From the NCBI GenBank assembly GCA_963776865.1, contig CAVZOG010000003.1:233269-297268 (forward strand): DNA of 64,000 bases. Direction: 5' to 3'. A program made the translations under genes and the position numbers. Source of the stretch: an uncultured Chloroflexia bacterium. GTDB lineage: Bacteria; Chloroflexota; Limnocylindria; Limnocylindrales; CSP1-4. The notes beneath the pieces are model-generated. The model was not told the origin of the DNA. It searched no databases and saw nothing but the letters and a program-made list of their open reading frames with translations. This document shows positions 32,496 to 41,945 of the stretch, piece after piece; positions within the stretch are counted from its first letter, which is position 1; the number at the start of each line of letters is the position of its first letter.

Positions 32496-33854
32496 TCAGG
32501 CCAGACGGGCGACGTTCCATAGCGCGGCGGGATCGCTGAGCGGGTCGCCGTCGACCAGGAAGAAGTCGGCCGGACCGCCTTCACGGATCCTGCCTGCGTC
32601 GGCATTGCCGAGCAGGTCGCCGCCGCGCCAGGTGGCGGCGCCGAGCGCCTGCCACGGCTGCATGCCGGCGGCGACGAGCGACTCGACCTCCCACGCCAGC
32701 TGACCGGCGCGCGGCGAGCCACCGCCGAAGTCCGTTCCGGCCGCGATCTTGACGCCCTTCTGGCGCGCGATCGCCACGGAGTCCTCGCCCGCCGCGAGCA
32801 TGTTGCGTGCGTAGCGCTTGCCGGCGCGGGTCGACCAGAAAGTGCCCGACGTCGTCGTCCCGAGGCGCAGCCAGTTGCGCGGCACGATCAGCGTCGATAC
32901 GAGGTAGGTGCCGCGGCGGGCCATCTCGGCGCACGCGTCGGCATCGAGGTGAAAGCCGTGCTCAATCGCGTCGACGCCACCGAAGATCGCGGCACGGGCG
33001 GTCTTGAGCCACATCGCATGCGCCGTGACCCTTGCGCCGCGGCCGTGGACGGCATCGACGACGCGGCGGATGTCCGCCGCCGTCCACGGCGACTCGCGGC
33101 CCTGGCGGCTCTCCACGTAGAGCTTGACGAGGTCGGCGCCCTGGTCGAGCTGCAGATTGGCTGCCGCGACCATCTCGTCGGCGTCGCGGACGACGATCCC
33201 GAGGCCCGACTCGAGGCCGCCTGGCGCGGCGATCCACGTACCGGCAGCGGCGACCTTGGGCCGGTCAGCGCGACTCGCCCACCGATCGCGGATGCCCAGC
33301 GCGAGCGCGCGGCGCCGGCCGTCGATCGGGTCGACAACCGTTGGGCTGCCCGCGTCACGTAGCCACGCCGCGCCTGACTGGCGCGCGAGCGTGCCGTTGC
33401 GCTCGGCCGTCTCGAGCAGCTGACGCGGCGGATCCGAGAATCGCTCGATGTACCGCTTCCCGCCGGGGGAGGTGAGGTGGCAGTGTGCGTCGACCATGCC
33501 CGGAACGGCTGTCAGGGCGCGCGAATCGACGATCTGCAGGCCGTCGGTGGGTCCGGGATTCTCCTCTGCATCGGTCGGCCGGATCCAGGTGACTCTTCCG
33601 TTCTCAACCAGGATGCTCTGGGCCACTCGTCGCGTTGCCGAGCGGCCGTCCGCGATTGCGCAGCCACGGTAGAGGACGCGCTTCGACACCGCCGTCGCGA
33701 CAGTCGTCGTGCCGCCGGACGGACCCTCACCTTCGCCGACCAGCGATTCGGCCGCGACACGAAGCGCACCAGGTCCGAGGCTGCCCGCGACGGCCGCCGC
33801 GGCACCCAGGCCGAGCACCCGCCGGCGTGTAAGCCGCTGCCCGATGCCAACCAT
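32496..33854 (-). CDS. Tat-exported amidohydrolase-family metal-dependent hydrolase
   Basis: Tat motif TRRRVLGLGAAAAVAG. Amidohydrolase metal-binding segments (VDAHCHL...; ...GTDFGGG). Confidence 0.75.
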   Translation of the reverse strand: MVGIGQRLTRRRVLGLGAAAAVAGSLGPGALRVAAESLVGEGEGPSGGTTTVATAVSKRVLYRGCAIADGRSATRRVAQSILVENGRVTWIRPTDAEENPGPTDGLQIVDSRALTAVPGMVDAHCHLTSPGGKRYIERFSDPPRQLLETAERNGTLARQSGAAWLRDAGSPTVVDPIDGRRRALALGIRDRWASRADRPKVAAAGTWIAAPGGLESGLGIVVRDADEMVAAANLQLDQGADLVKLYVESRQGRESPWTAADIRRVVDAVHGRGARVTAHAMWLKTARAAIFGGVDAIEHGFHLDADACAEMARRGTYLVSTLIVPRNWLRLGTTTSGTFWSTRAGKRYARNMLAAGEDSVAIARQKGVKIAAGTDFGGGSPRAGQLAWEVESLVAAGMQPWQALGAATWRGGDLLGNADAGRIREGGPADFFLVDGDPLSDPAALWNVARLA

Positions 33855-33939
33855 GCTGGGGTCATGGTAGTCACGGACACGCTGCTAGACTTTTGAGGCA
33901 GGCCGATCGTCACCCGCGCCGCATTACGCCGGAGACCAA

Positions 33940-34530
33940 ATGGAAACAGCCCTGATCATCCTCCTCGTCGTCATCGCCGTAATCGTTGTCGGCGGCATCC
34001 TGATCTACAACGGCCTCGTCCAGCGCCGGCTGCGCATCGATGAAGCGTTTGCCCAAATCGAGGTCCAGCTCAAGCGCCGCTGGGACCTCATCCCGAACCT
34101 GGTCAACGCCGTGAAGGGCTACATGGGATTCGAGCAGTCAGTGCTCGAGAACGTGACCCAGGCGCGCGCCAACGCGGTCACCGCCGGCGCTCGCGGCCCG
34201 GCCGAGCAGGCTGCCGCCGAGAACGCGCTGACGGGAACGCTGCGCTCACTGTTCGCCACGGTCGAGAACTATCCCGAGCTGAAGGCCAACCAGAACGTGC
34301 TCGAGCTGCAGGAGCAGCTGACCACGACGGAGAACCAGATCGGTTTCGCACGCCAGCACTACAACGCCGTCGTGCTCGACTACAACACCTCGATCGCTAC
34401 CGTCCCGAATGTGCTGATCGCCGGCCCACTCGGCTTCAGCAAGCGCGAGTTCTTCGACGCCGAGCCCGAGGCGGCGCAGGTTCCGCAGGTCGACCTGGGC
34501 AACTTAAACAGCCCCCCGCCGGTCGGCTGA
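33940..34530 (+). CDS. lemA: LemA family protein
   Basis: N-terminal TM plus LemA signature (...RRWDLIPNLVNAVKGY...NQIGFARQHYN). Confidence 0.85.
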   Translation: METALIILLVVIAVIVVGGILIYNGLVQRRLRIDEAFAQIEVQLKRRWDLIPNLVNAVKGYMGFEQSVLENVTQARANAVTAGARGPAEQAAAENALTGTLRSLFATVENYPELKANQNVLELQEQLTTTENQIGFARQHYNAVVLDYNTSIATVPNVLIAGPLGFSKREFFDAEPEAAQVPQVDLGNLNSPPPVG

Positions 34531-34585
34531 CGACAGTCCCACCCGTCCTGAGCGCCCGCCGGCTCGACCGGCGGGCTGATCGAGC

Positions 34586-35588
34586 ATGAGCACCCAGCCA
34601 GTCCAGAGCTTCTACGCGCAGATCGGCGCCAACCGGCGCAACTCGGTCGTGCTTGTCGTGATCCTGACCGCCCTGTTGGGCGTGTTCGGCTTTGTCGTCG
34701 GCTTTGCCCTGAGCGGGGCGTGGCAGGGTGGCCTGCTGGCGGTGTTCATCGCGGTCGTGATTGCGATGCTGCTGTCGGCCATCTCGTACTACAGCGGTGA
34801 CAGCATCGTCCTCGCCGCGTCGAGCGCGCGCGAGGTCAGACTGATCAGACCGCGCCGCAGCTGATGAACGTCGTGCGCGAGATGGCGATCGCGGCCAACA
34901 TCCCGATGCCGCGCGTCCACCTGATCGAGGACACGCGCGCCGAACGCCTTTGCAACCGGCCGCGATCCGCAGCACGCCAGCGTGGCGATCACCACCGGCC
35001 TGCTCCAGAAGCTGGACCGCGAGGAGCTGCAGGGCGTGATCGGCCACGAGCTCGCGCACGTGCGCAACCTCGACATCCGCTTCACGCTGCTCGTGGCGAC
35101 GCTGGTCGGCTCGATCGCGCTGCTGGCCGACTTCTTCCTGCGCTTCACGTTCTGGAGCAGCGTGACCGGCGGCAGCCGATCGCGGAGCAGTCGTGACAGC
35201 GGCGGCGGCGGACTGCAGATCATCATGCTCGTGGTCGGGATCGTGCTGGCGATCATCGCCCCGATCATTGCCCGCATGGTCCAGCTTGCGGTCAGCCGCC
35301 AGCGCGAGTACCTGGCCGATGCCTCGAGCGTCGAGCTGACCCGTAACCCGTACGGCCTCCAGCGGGCGCTGGCCAAGATCAGCTCCGACAGCGAGGTTCT
35401 CGAGGTCGCCAACCGCGCCACCCAGCACCTGTACATCGTTAACCCGATCAAGAAGTTCGAGAAGCGCGCCGCCGGGCTTGACGTCGACCCACCCACCGAT
35501 CATCGATCGAATCAACCGACTGCGGTCGTTGACCGGCGAGGCGCCGGTGGACCCGCAGGCGATGGGCGCGCTGGCCGGCCTCGACTGA
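34586..35588 (+). CDS. htpX: zinc metalloprotease HtpX (peptidase M48); two frameshifts (~34850, ~35000)
   Basis: HELAHVRNLD (HExxH). Four TM segments. C-terminal ...NPIKKFEKRAAGL then THPPIIDRINRLRSL in the shifted frame. The lemA-htpX pairing is common. Confidence 0.8.
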
Positions 35589-35669
35589 CCGGTGAGCTCG
35601 ATGGAAGGGCTTCCGGTGTTGTGGTTCAATAAGACCGGTCGTTGCCGCGACCGGTAAAGGTCTGGACGC

Positions 35670-35745
35670 GCCGAGATAGCTCAGTTGGTAGAGCACGCGA
35701 CTGAAAATCGCGGTGTCGCCAGTTCAATTCTGGCTCTCGGCACCA
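35670..35745 (+). tRNA. tRNA-Phe (GAA)
   Basis: Acceptor GCCGAGA/TCTCGGC. Anticodon loop CTGAAAA. T-loop GGTTCAATTCC. CCA encoded. Confidence 0.9.
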
Positions 35746-35777
35746 CCACATCTGGCCGGTCGGGCAGATGTGCTCCG

Positions 35778-35853
35778 AGCGGGAGTGGCTCAGCTGGTAG
35801 AGCGTCACCTTGCCAAGGTGAAGGTCGCGGGTTCGAACCCCGTCTCCCGCTCC
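35778..35853 (+). tRNA. tRNA-Gly (GCC)
   Basis: Acceptor GCGGGAG/CTCCCGC. Anticodon stem TCACC/GGTGA with loop TTGCCAA. T-loop GGTTCGAACCC. Confidence 0.9.
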
Positions 35854-35899
35854 ATTCTTCCAACCGAACCAGCCGGCATGGCCGGCCCATGAGCACCGC

Positions 35900-35973
35900 T
35901 GGCCCTTCGTCTAGTGGTAGGACAGCGGACTTTGGATCCGTGAACCGAGGTTCGAATCCTCGAGGGCCAGCCA
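35900..35973 (+). tRNA. tRNA-Gln (TTG)
   Basis: Acceptor TGGCCCT/AGGGCCA. Anticodon loop CTTTGGA. T-loop GGTTCGAATCC. Confidence 0.8.
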
Positions 35974-35986
35974 ACACAAGCTTCCG

Positions 35987-36062
35987 GGCGACGTACCCAA
36001 GCGGTTAAGGGGGAGGTCTGCAAAACCTCTATTCACCGGTTCGAATCCGGTCGTCGCCTCCA
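35987..36062 (+). tRNA. tRNA-Cys (GCA)
   Basis: Acceptor GGCGACG/CGTCGCC. Anticodon stem GAGGT/ACCTC with loop CTGCAAA. T-loop GGTTCGAATCC. Confidence 0.85.
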
Positions 36063-36074
36063 GAAATCACACTC

Positions 36075-36106
36075 AGAACCGGCCTGAAAGGGCCGGTTCT
36101 TTGTAT
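36075..36106 (+). terminator. rho-independent terminator AGAACCGGCC-TGAAAG-GGCCGGTTCT + TTGTAT
   Basis: 10-bp stem plus T-rich tail after the tRNA cluster. Near-identical copy at 41679-41712. Confidence 0.7.
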
Positions 36107-36184
36107 CGCGTGGTAGCAACGCGATAGCAACCGCCCGATACGGCAGGGGTGACGCTTGCACGGAGATGTCGGGGATTCGAGAAT

Positions 36185-36880
36185 CTAGCCCAAAGCCAAC
36201 CAAGCGATGGCTGTGGCGCTGCTACGCGACGAGCTGATCTTGATCGTGAACTGGTGCGTCGTTCCATTGACGGTCTGGAACCACAGGCTGCGACCGCTGA
36301 GGTTCACCTTCGGTGTGAGCAGCACGAATGTGTTGGCGTTGATCACATTTGACGTGACGACGACGGACGTCTTGCCGGCACCAATGGTCGCCACTCCGCT
36401 CGCACTGAATTCCAGCCTGCCGTTGGCACGCAGGGCAATGGGGCCAAGGGCCGTGACTGCGACGCCCTCGCTCGAGGAGCCGTAAAGACCGTATCCGGCG
36501 TTCTCGGCGATCCCTGCGACGCCGATACCGCTGCCGTCGACATAACCCAACACGCCGTTGCGCCCCGCCTGGCCAAATCCCAACACCGCCGAGCCGTATG
36601 TGTCCTTGGCGTGCCCGGCGATCGCAGCGCTATCCGGAAGAGCATTAACGCCCTTGTCGGTCACCGCGAAGCCGTAGATGCCGGGACTCTGATTCTGGGT
36701 CACGACGAGGGCAGTCGGCGAGGTGCCGGTCTTCGTCTGGCCGACTGTCACCGCTTCGCCATTGGCGGCCGAGGATGGAGTTGGGCGACCCAACGCATTC
36801 GCTGCCAGTGCGGCAGCTCCGCCGACCGCGGCGGCGAGGATTCCTCGACGCGAACGTTGCGTCATCTCGGGGCTAGACAT
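36185..36880 (-). CDS. Tat-exported Gly-rich protein, divergent member of family A (231 aa)
   Basis: Tat motif QRSRRGILAAAVGGAAALAANA. G-x-(Y/L)-G repeats. C-terminal ...GRSLWFQTVNGTTHQF relates to the RRLWLCKGG motif. Confidence 0.65.
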   Translation of the reverse strand: MSSPEMTQRSRRGILAAAVGGAAALAANALGRPTPSSAANGEAVTVGQTKTGTSPTALVVTQNQSPGIYGFAVTDKGVNALPDSAAIAGHAKDTYGSAVLGFGQAGRNGVLGYVDGSGIGVAGIAENAGYGLYGSSSEGVAVTALGPIALRANGRLEFSASGVATIGAGKTSVVVTSNVINANTFVLLTPKVNLSGRSLWFQTVNGTTHQFTIKISSSRSSATAIAWLALG

Positions 36881-37062
36881 CGTTCCCTCCTAGCCCCCAA
36901 TTCGGCCGACTGTATCAGTGGCCTTTCTGGGCGTGACCGATCTAGAAGTGACCGTCGCCTGGGTCCACAGGCTTCTCATTGACGAACGCCCGATGCTCCC
37001 CGTATCTGAGGGGATGGTCACGGGTACGAGGGGACCTGTATGTCACACGCGAGAGGTGAGAG

Positions 37063-37590
37063 ATGGCGAACTTCAAGCTAGGCCGCTTACATATGACGCA
37101 TAGCGTCACGCGGCGCGCGCTTGCCCTGCTCGTGATCGGGTTATGCCTGGCCCTGACCGCTGAGACCGTTGTTCTTGCCGCCGCCGTGAAGCGCAACGGC
37201 GGAGCAGTGACGGCCGTTCGCACCGCAGTCAACCCCGGCTACGACAACTGGACGCAGTCGGCAACGCCCACTGACGTGGTCGGCATGTCGGTCACGGTTA
37301 AGGTTCCCGCCGGGGAACGCGCGCTCCTGGTGGCCACGTTCTCGGCGACGAGCGTATGCGATGGCGGCTGTTTCGTTCGCGCCGTGGTGGGAAGCACGAC
37401 ACTGACGCCCGACCTAGCGATCGTCGATTCCCCGGATCGCCATGTGCCGATGAGTCGGCAATGGGTGTCAGCGGTGCTCAATCCCGGCGAGTACACCGTG
37501 AAGATTCAGTACTGGGTGGGTGACAGCGACGGCAACATCTTCATCCTCAAGGACCGCATTCTTACGGTGCTGCGTTCCAAGGTGGTCTGA
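37063..37590 (+). CDS. family-B signal-anchored protein (175 aa), paralog of 28233..28751
   Basis: GAGGTGAGAG RBS. TM ALALLVIGLCLALTA. C-FVRAVVG, YTVKIQYWVG and RILTVLRSKVV motifs. Confidence 0.7.
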   Translation: MANFKLGRLHMTHSVTRRALALLVIGLCLALTAETVVLAAAVKRNGGAVTAVRTAVNPGYDNWTQSATPTDVVGMSVTVKVPAGERALLVATFSATSVCDGGCFVRAVVGSTTLTPDLAIVDSPDRHVPMSRQWVSAVLNPGEYTVKIQYWVGDSDGNIFILKDRILTVLRSKVV

Positions 37591-37591
37591 G

Positions 37592-37818
37592 CACCTGGGA
37601 GCAGTACGCCTACGACACGACCGAGAAGCAGGTCGGCAAGCGCAGCCGTGAGCGGACGGCTGAGGCTTCATCAGAGCTCGAGTGCGTCCACGAGATGGCG
37701 CAGTATTTCGGGAGATCAATGAGGGCCGGGCTCCAGGGCAAGCCGGAAAAGCTTTCGCTGACCGGCCTACGCCTTGACGACGATCTTCACCCAGCTTGTT
37801 CCGCCCTTGCATAACCAA
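37592..37818 (+). pseudogene. family-C fragment (copy 3): TWEQYAYDTTEK...SSELECVHEMAQY, lacks the DPELA N-terminal part
   Basis: Homologous to residues 40-80 of 27137..27391. Begins inside the stop of the preceding gene, has no own start, and its 3' part overlaps the family-A gene on the opposite strand. Confidence 0.45.
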
Positions 37819-38460
37819 AGGCGCTTGGACTTGTCGAGGTAGATGTCGCCGGCCTCGCCCGACGCCGGATGTGTGGTCGTCGTGGCGGGCTCGAGCCGGA
37901 TCTGAGCGGCCTTGCCCTTGAAGCGACCGCCACGGCCGTTGTCAGACTGGCCATAGACACCCGAGCCCGTGCCACGGGCAACGCCTGACGTGCCATTGCC
38001 AGCGGCCAGGCCCTCGCCGAAGACAGCCGGCCCCGACCCGTTCGTGATCCCGTACACAGCGGCGAAGCCGTTGCTTGCATGGAGATTCTTCACCCTTGAC
38101 CGCAGGCCCGGTGTTGGCGAACTTCAGGCCGTGCACGCTGATGCCTTCGTCAGAGACGGCGAGGCCCTGCAAGCCTTGGGGGCCCTGGACGATGGCTCCG
38201 ATGTCGTTGTCCGATATCGCGACCAGGCCCATACCATTCCCCGTGTTGCGGGCGAGCAGCGTCTGGCCGGAGCTAGTGGACGAGATGGACGTGCCCGAGG
38301 TCCCAGCATCGTTTGGCGTGCCGAGTATCACCGGATTGCCTGCGGCGGCCGCAGTCGGCAGTGGACGCAGGACCGCGCTGGCGACCAACGCCGCCAGTCC
38401 CGCGAAACCTCCGGTCAGTAGCGCCCTGCGCGATCTAAGCTCCAGTGCTGAATCAGACAT
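37767..38460 (-). CDS. family-A Tat-exported Gly-rich protein (copy 3), frameshift ~38095-38110
   Basis: N-terminal ORF has Tat motif LRSRRALLTGGFAGLAALVASA. C-terminal ORF ends ...AAQIRLEPATTTTHPASGEAGDIYLDKSKRLWLCKGGTSWVKI. Confidence 0.65.
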
Positions 38461-38749
38461 GTGACCCTCCGGCGCGGCACCGCCCCTCGACGGTGTTGGG
38501 CGGGCTCGCCTGAGGCGGGTCGACGCACAAAGCGTTGGCCGACTCTACACGCAGCCGACTTGGCGATCGGCGAGACAGCGGTCGACTGCTGCTCGAGATG
38601 GCGCGTTGTCAACGGATCATCGCCGAAGGCGGCGTCCCGAAGTAGTGCTTGTCGCTCCGGGTCACGGCCCTCGGTTGCGACCATGGTCACGACGATTTTC
38701 ACGCTTGACCGAAGGATTCCACCAGTTGTTGGACGACTACTGTCATGAG

Positions 38750-39304
38750 ATGCGGAGCCGCGAGCAAGCAGAGAGCCCTCAACGCGTTGTGGCGTTCGCG
38801 AAGCCGCTCGCCGCTGACGACGCCGCATTTCGCGCTTGGTACGACACCTCGCTGCCGCGCGTGTATTCGTACCTGTTCACGCGCTGCGGCCGCAATACGG
38901 ATCTCGCCGAGGAGCTGACGCAGGAAACGTTTGTGGAGGCGGTCAGATCACGCCCGACCGCTACTGCGGAGCAATCGCTCAATTGGCTGATCGGAATTGC
39001 GCGCCACCGGCTGCTCGATCACTTCCGCAGCGTCGAGCGGCGCGAGCGGCGCTTCGTGCGGCTCGTTGCCAGTCGTCGGCCGCAGAGCGTCTGGATGGAC
39101 GACCCGGACCCGCTGGGTCACATCCAGGACGCACTCGGGCGGCTACCAGCGGCTCAACGGGCGGCCGTGGTGCTGTGCTATGTGGACGGGCTGGCCGTCC
39201 GTGATGCCGCCGCGCTGTTGCATCGCACGGACTCGTCCGTTGAATCACTTCTTGGCCGCGCACGCGCCTCGCTACGCGATTCACTTTCGGAGGAGCCGCG
39301 ATGA
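38750..39304 (+). CDS. ECF-type RNA polymerase sigma factor (sigma-70 family, group 4)
   Basis: Region 2 (FRAWYDTSLPRVYSYLFTRCG...AEELTQETF) and region 4 HTH (AAVVLCYVDGLAVRDAAALLHRTDSSVESLL). ATGA overlap with the next gene. Confidence 0.85.
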   Translation: MRSREQAESPQRVVAFAKPLAADDAAFRAWYDTSLPRVYSYLFTRCGRNTDLAEELTQETFVEAVRSRPTATAEQSLNWLIGIARHRLLDHFRSVERRERRFVRLVASRRPQSVWMDDPDPLGHIQDALGRLPAAQRAAVVLCYVDGLAVRDAAALLHRTDSSVESLLGRARASLRDSLSEEPR

Positions 39305-40722
39305 ATACGCGCGAACAGTGGAGCGATCAGGAGCTGATCAGTGCGCTGCGCGGCATCGACCAAGACCTGCAGCCGCGGCCCGAGTTCGCGGACCGTCTGT
39401 TCCAGGTCGTCCTCCGCGAGAAAGCCGCGCGCCGGCGCCCCACGTTCCTGTTCATGGCCGCCGCGGCGCTGCTGGTGGCCTCCATCGCCGGTGCGGCTGT
39501 GTTCGGCAGCGGTCCGTTTCGCGACCCGAACGTCCGCACCGTCATCATCGCACCGACCGCGTCGGCCCCTACGTCGACACCTACTGCGAGCGCCATGGCA
39601 ACTGCCGGCGTGTCATGGACCGGCGCAGTACGCGCCGACGCAGACACGATGCCGCTGTTAACCATGGACGGTCCCGCTGTATGTTCCGCCGAGAACCCAA
39701 TCAGTTGGGAGGATGAGCTCGAGTCCCCGACGGGATTTGTCGACATCATCGAGACACGTTGGTCACCAGGCCCGGGTACCAGTCTCCCGGTCCTCATGCT
39801 CTCCTCGAAGCCGCCGCCTGCTTTGGAGCTGGACCCAAGCCTCGCGCTGATCGAGTACGGGCTGGTGTTCGATGAGAATCTTGACGGCACACCGGACTAT
39901 GAATTAGGTATCAACAACTCCCCGGACGGCGCCTCATATCGCGTCTGGGTAACCGATCTGGCCCGTGGTGGAACGGTGGAACAAATCGGCCCCCCGTACG
40001 GCGCGCCGGTTGAGTTCAGGCATCCGGACGAGCAGGACGCGGGCGAGTCTCCATCCATGTCGTTCGTGTTGCTAACCGGCGTCCCCACACCCCTCGCGCT
40101 CGGTCGCGAGTACCGCTACTACGCTTGGTCTTCGTACTCCGAGAACGGTTCTGTCGTGGCATGGGATTACGCGCCCAACTTCGGCTGGCTGCAACTGCCC
40201 ACCTGCCAAGCTTTGCCTCGGGCTTCCGAGGAGACCGTGCCGCCCGGCTGGACGCTCCATGACCGGCCACTACCCGGAATGGGCAGCAACAAGGCCGGCG
40301 AATACGGATGGACTGGCGCACTGGGTTCCAGAAGTTGGATGCACAGCGTGATAACCGATCCCACTTATGGTGATGGCTACCGACAGACCCAGCTCACCTT
40401 TGCCATCCAGGACGATTGCTTCCCTCGGGCAGCAGGTGCAGAGCCGACGTCGTTGAGAGTAGCCGGGCTCGACGGCCTATACCTCGTGCCCTACCACGAT
40501 CCGAGCGTGCTGTTGTTCTCCAAAGGCGGCAAGACGACCGGAGCGTATGCCCTGCCTATCGGCGACCGAACGCTGTGCGCCTACGTCACATGGGACGCGG
40601 CGACGACACCGGAAGAACTGAGCGCAGCGCACGCGGTGGTGGGTTCCATCCGCGGCCAGCCCTTCGGGGGGAACGGTATTCGCATCAACTTCACGCTGCC
40701 TGCCGGTTGGGACACCGGATGA
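39301..40722 (+). CDS. anti-sigma factor: cytoplasmic N-terminal domain, single TM, ~400-aa extracytoplasmic domain
   Basis: Translationally coupled to the sigma gene. TM TFLFMAAAALLVASIAGAAVF at residues 48-68. C-terminus ...INFTLPAGWDTG. Confidence 0.75.
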   Translation: MNTREQWSDQELISALRGIDQDLQPRPEFADRLFQVVLREKAARRRPTFLFMAAAALLVASIAGAAVFGSGPFRDPNVRTVIIAPTASAPTSTPTASAMATAGVSWTGAVRADADTMPLLTMDGPAVCSAENPISWEDELESPTGFVDIIETRWSPGPGTSLPVLMLSSKPPPALELDPSLALIEYGLVFDENLDGTPDYELGINNSPDGASYRVWVTDLARGGTVEQIGPPYGAPVEFRHPDEQDAGESPSMSFVLLTGVPTPLALGREYRYYAWSSYSENGSVVAWDYAPNFGWLQLPTCQALPRASEETVPPGWTLHDRPLPGMGSNKAGEYGWTGALGSRSWMHSVITDPTYGDGYRQTQLTFAIQDDCFPRAAGAEPTSLRVAGLDGLYLVPYHDPSVLLFSKGGKTTGAYALPIGDRTLCAYVTWDAATTPEELSAAHAVVGSIRGQPFGGNGIRINFTLPAGWDTG

Positions 40723-40823
40723 CACGGCCCAGGCGCGACTGACGGACGCGACCGAACTACTTCTCGCCAAGGGACGAAATCCACCCCACCAATGGACGCT
40801 CGAATCAGAGCAGGAGGTAAGCG

Positions 40824-41669
40824 ATGTCCCGTACGCGCTTCAGTCTCGCCGCGACAGCGCACATCGTCGTCGCGAGCTGCTTGATGATCGGATGCACCAG
40901 CGGTGCGCCGTTGGCGACAGCCACGCTCGCTCAGCCGTCACCAACGCCTGTCGACATAGTCACCTCATCGCCAACGCCTCCGCCGACAAACGCGCCCACG
41001 GCGTCTCCAGACGACGCCTCATCGGCACCGGCGGCGCAGAACATCGAGGAAATGAATGCCTTCGGAGAACTCCCTCCCGGCACCTATTGGGTTGCTGGTG
41101 AACCGGACAACACCTGGCGCGTGCAATTCAGCGTCCGCTCTTCCGGGTGGAGCGCGTTCCTGGGACCGTTCAAACAGGAGACGGCCGAGGGCAAGACCCA
41201 CCGGATCATGACCCTGAACTTCTTCGACATCCGAAACACCGTCAAGGACGCATGCACCGATCACAAATACCGCGATCCCGCGGTAGGTCCGTCGGTGGAC
41301 GACTTGGCGGAGGCTGCGTCCTCGCTCTCACCATTTGTCGTCAAATCCGCGCCCACCGACGTAACGGTATTCGGCTACTCCGGCAAACACCTCATCCTGG
41401 AGGTCCCGGATGTGCCGTTCAGCGTCCGCAACGGACAGCCTTCATTTGCCGAGTGCGACACAGGCGGCCTCCTCAAATCCTGGATCGGGCCACCGCTGTC
41501 GTACGCGTACTACGGCTACGCGGAACCGGGCCAAACGGAGGAGCTCTGGATACTCGATGTCGAGGGGAAGCGGCTCACGATAAGCAGGCTCTCGCACCCC
41601 GACTCGCCACCGCAAGACGTTGCGGAGCTCAACGAAATCTTCGAATCGATCGAGATCTATCCAGAGTGA
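40824..41669 (+). CDS. lipoprotein carrying the ~190-aa domain shared with the anti-sigma 43972..46041 C-terminus
   Basis: Lipobox LMIG-C-TSG. WRVQFSVRSSGWSAF ... EELWILDVEGKRLTISRL...DVAELNEIFESIEI aligns with ARFTLPAGWST ... EVWIVDPDRESIVLHTW...DRAELQGILESLSL. Confidence 0.7.
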   Translation: MSRTRFSLAATAHIVVASCLMIGCTSGAPLATATLAQPSPTPVDIVTSSPTPPPTNAPTASPDDASSAPAAQNIEEMNAFGELPPGTYWVAGEPDNTWRVQFSVRSSGWSAFLGPFKQETAEGKTHRIMTLNFFDIRNTVKDACTDHKYRDPAVGPSVDDLAEAASSLSPFVVKSAPTDVTVFGYSGKHLILEVPDVPFSVRNGQPSFAECDTGGLLKSWIGPPLSYAYYGYAEPGQTEELWILDVEGKRLTISRLSHPDSPPQDVAELNEIFESIEIYPE

Positions 41670-41678
41670 GTGGACTCT

Positions 41679-41712
41679 CAGAACCGGACCGAAAGGGCCG
41701 GTTCTTTGTAGA
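41679..41712 (+). terminator. rho-independent terminator GAACCGGACC-GAAA-GGGCCGGTTC + TTTGTA (twin of 36075..36106)
   Basis: Stem-loop plus T tract 10 nt after the lipoprotein stop. Confidence 0.7.
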
Positions 41713-41945
41713 CGCGGTCAACTCACTCCGGGAAACACTCGTCCGTGGCATACAGCGTGCTCCGGAGAGGAAAGCCCTGCTACGGCCGGAAGTCGGAAGT
41801 GGTGGGACCTTGGCCCGAACGTAATGGATGCAGTGGCGGCTCGGGATCGCAGCACGAAATGGGAGTGTAGGGTGCAGACAAGAGGTATCGCGCGACCTGG
41901 GTCGAGAGGGAGCACATCGGCGCACAGCACAGAGGGGGTTGTCCT

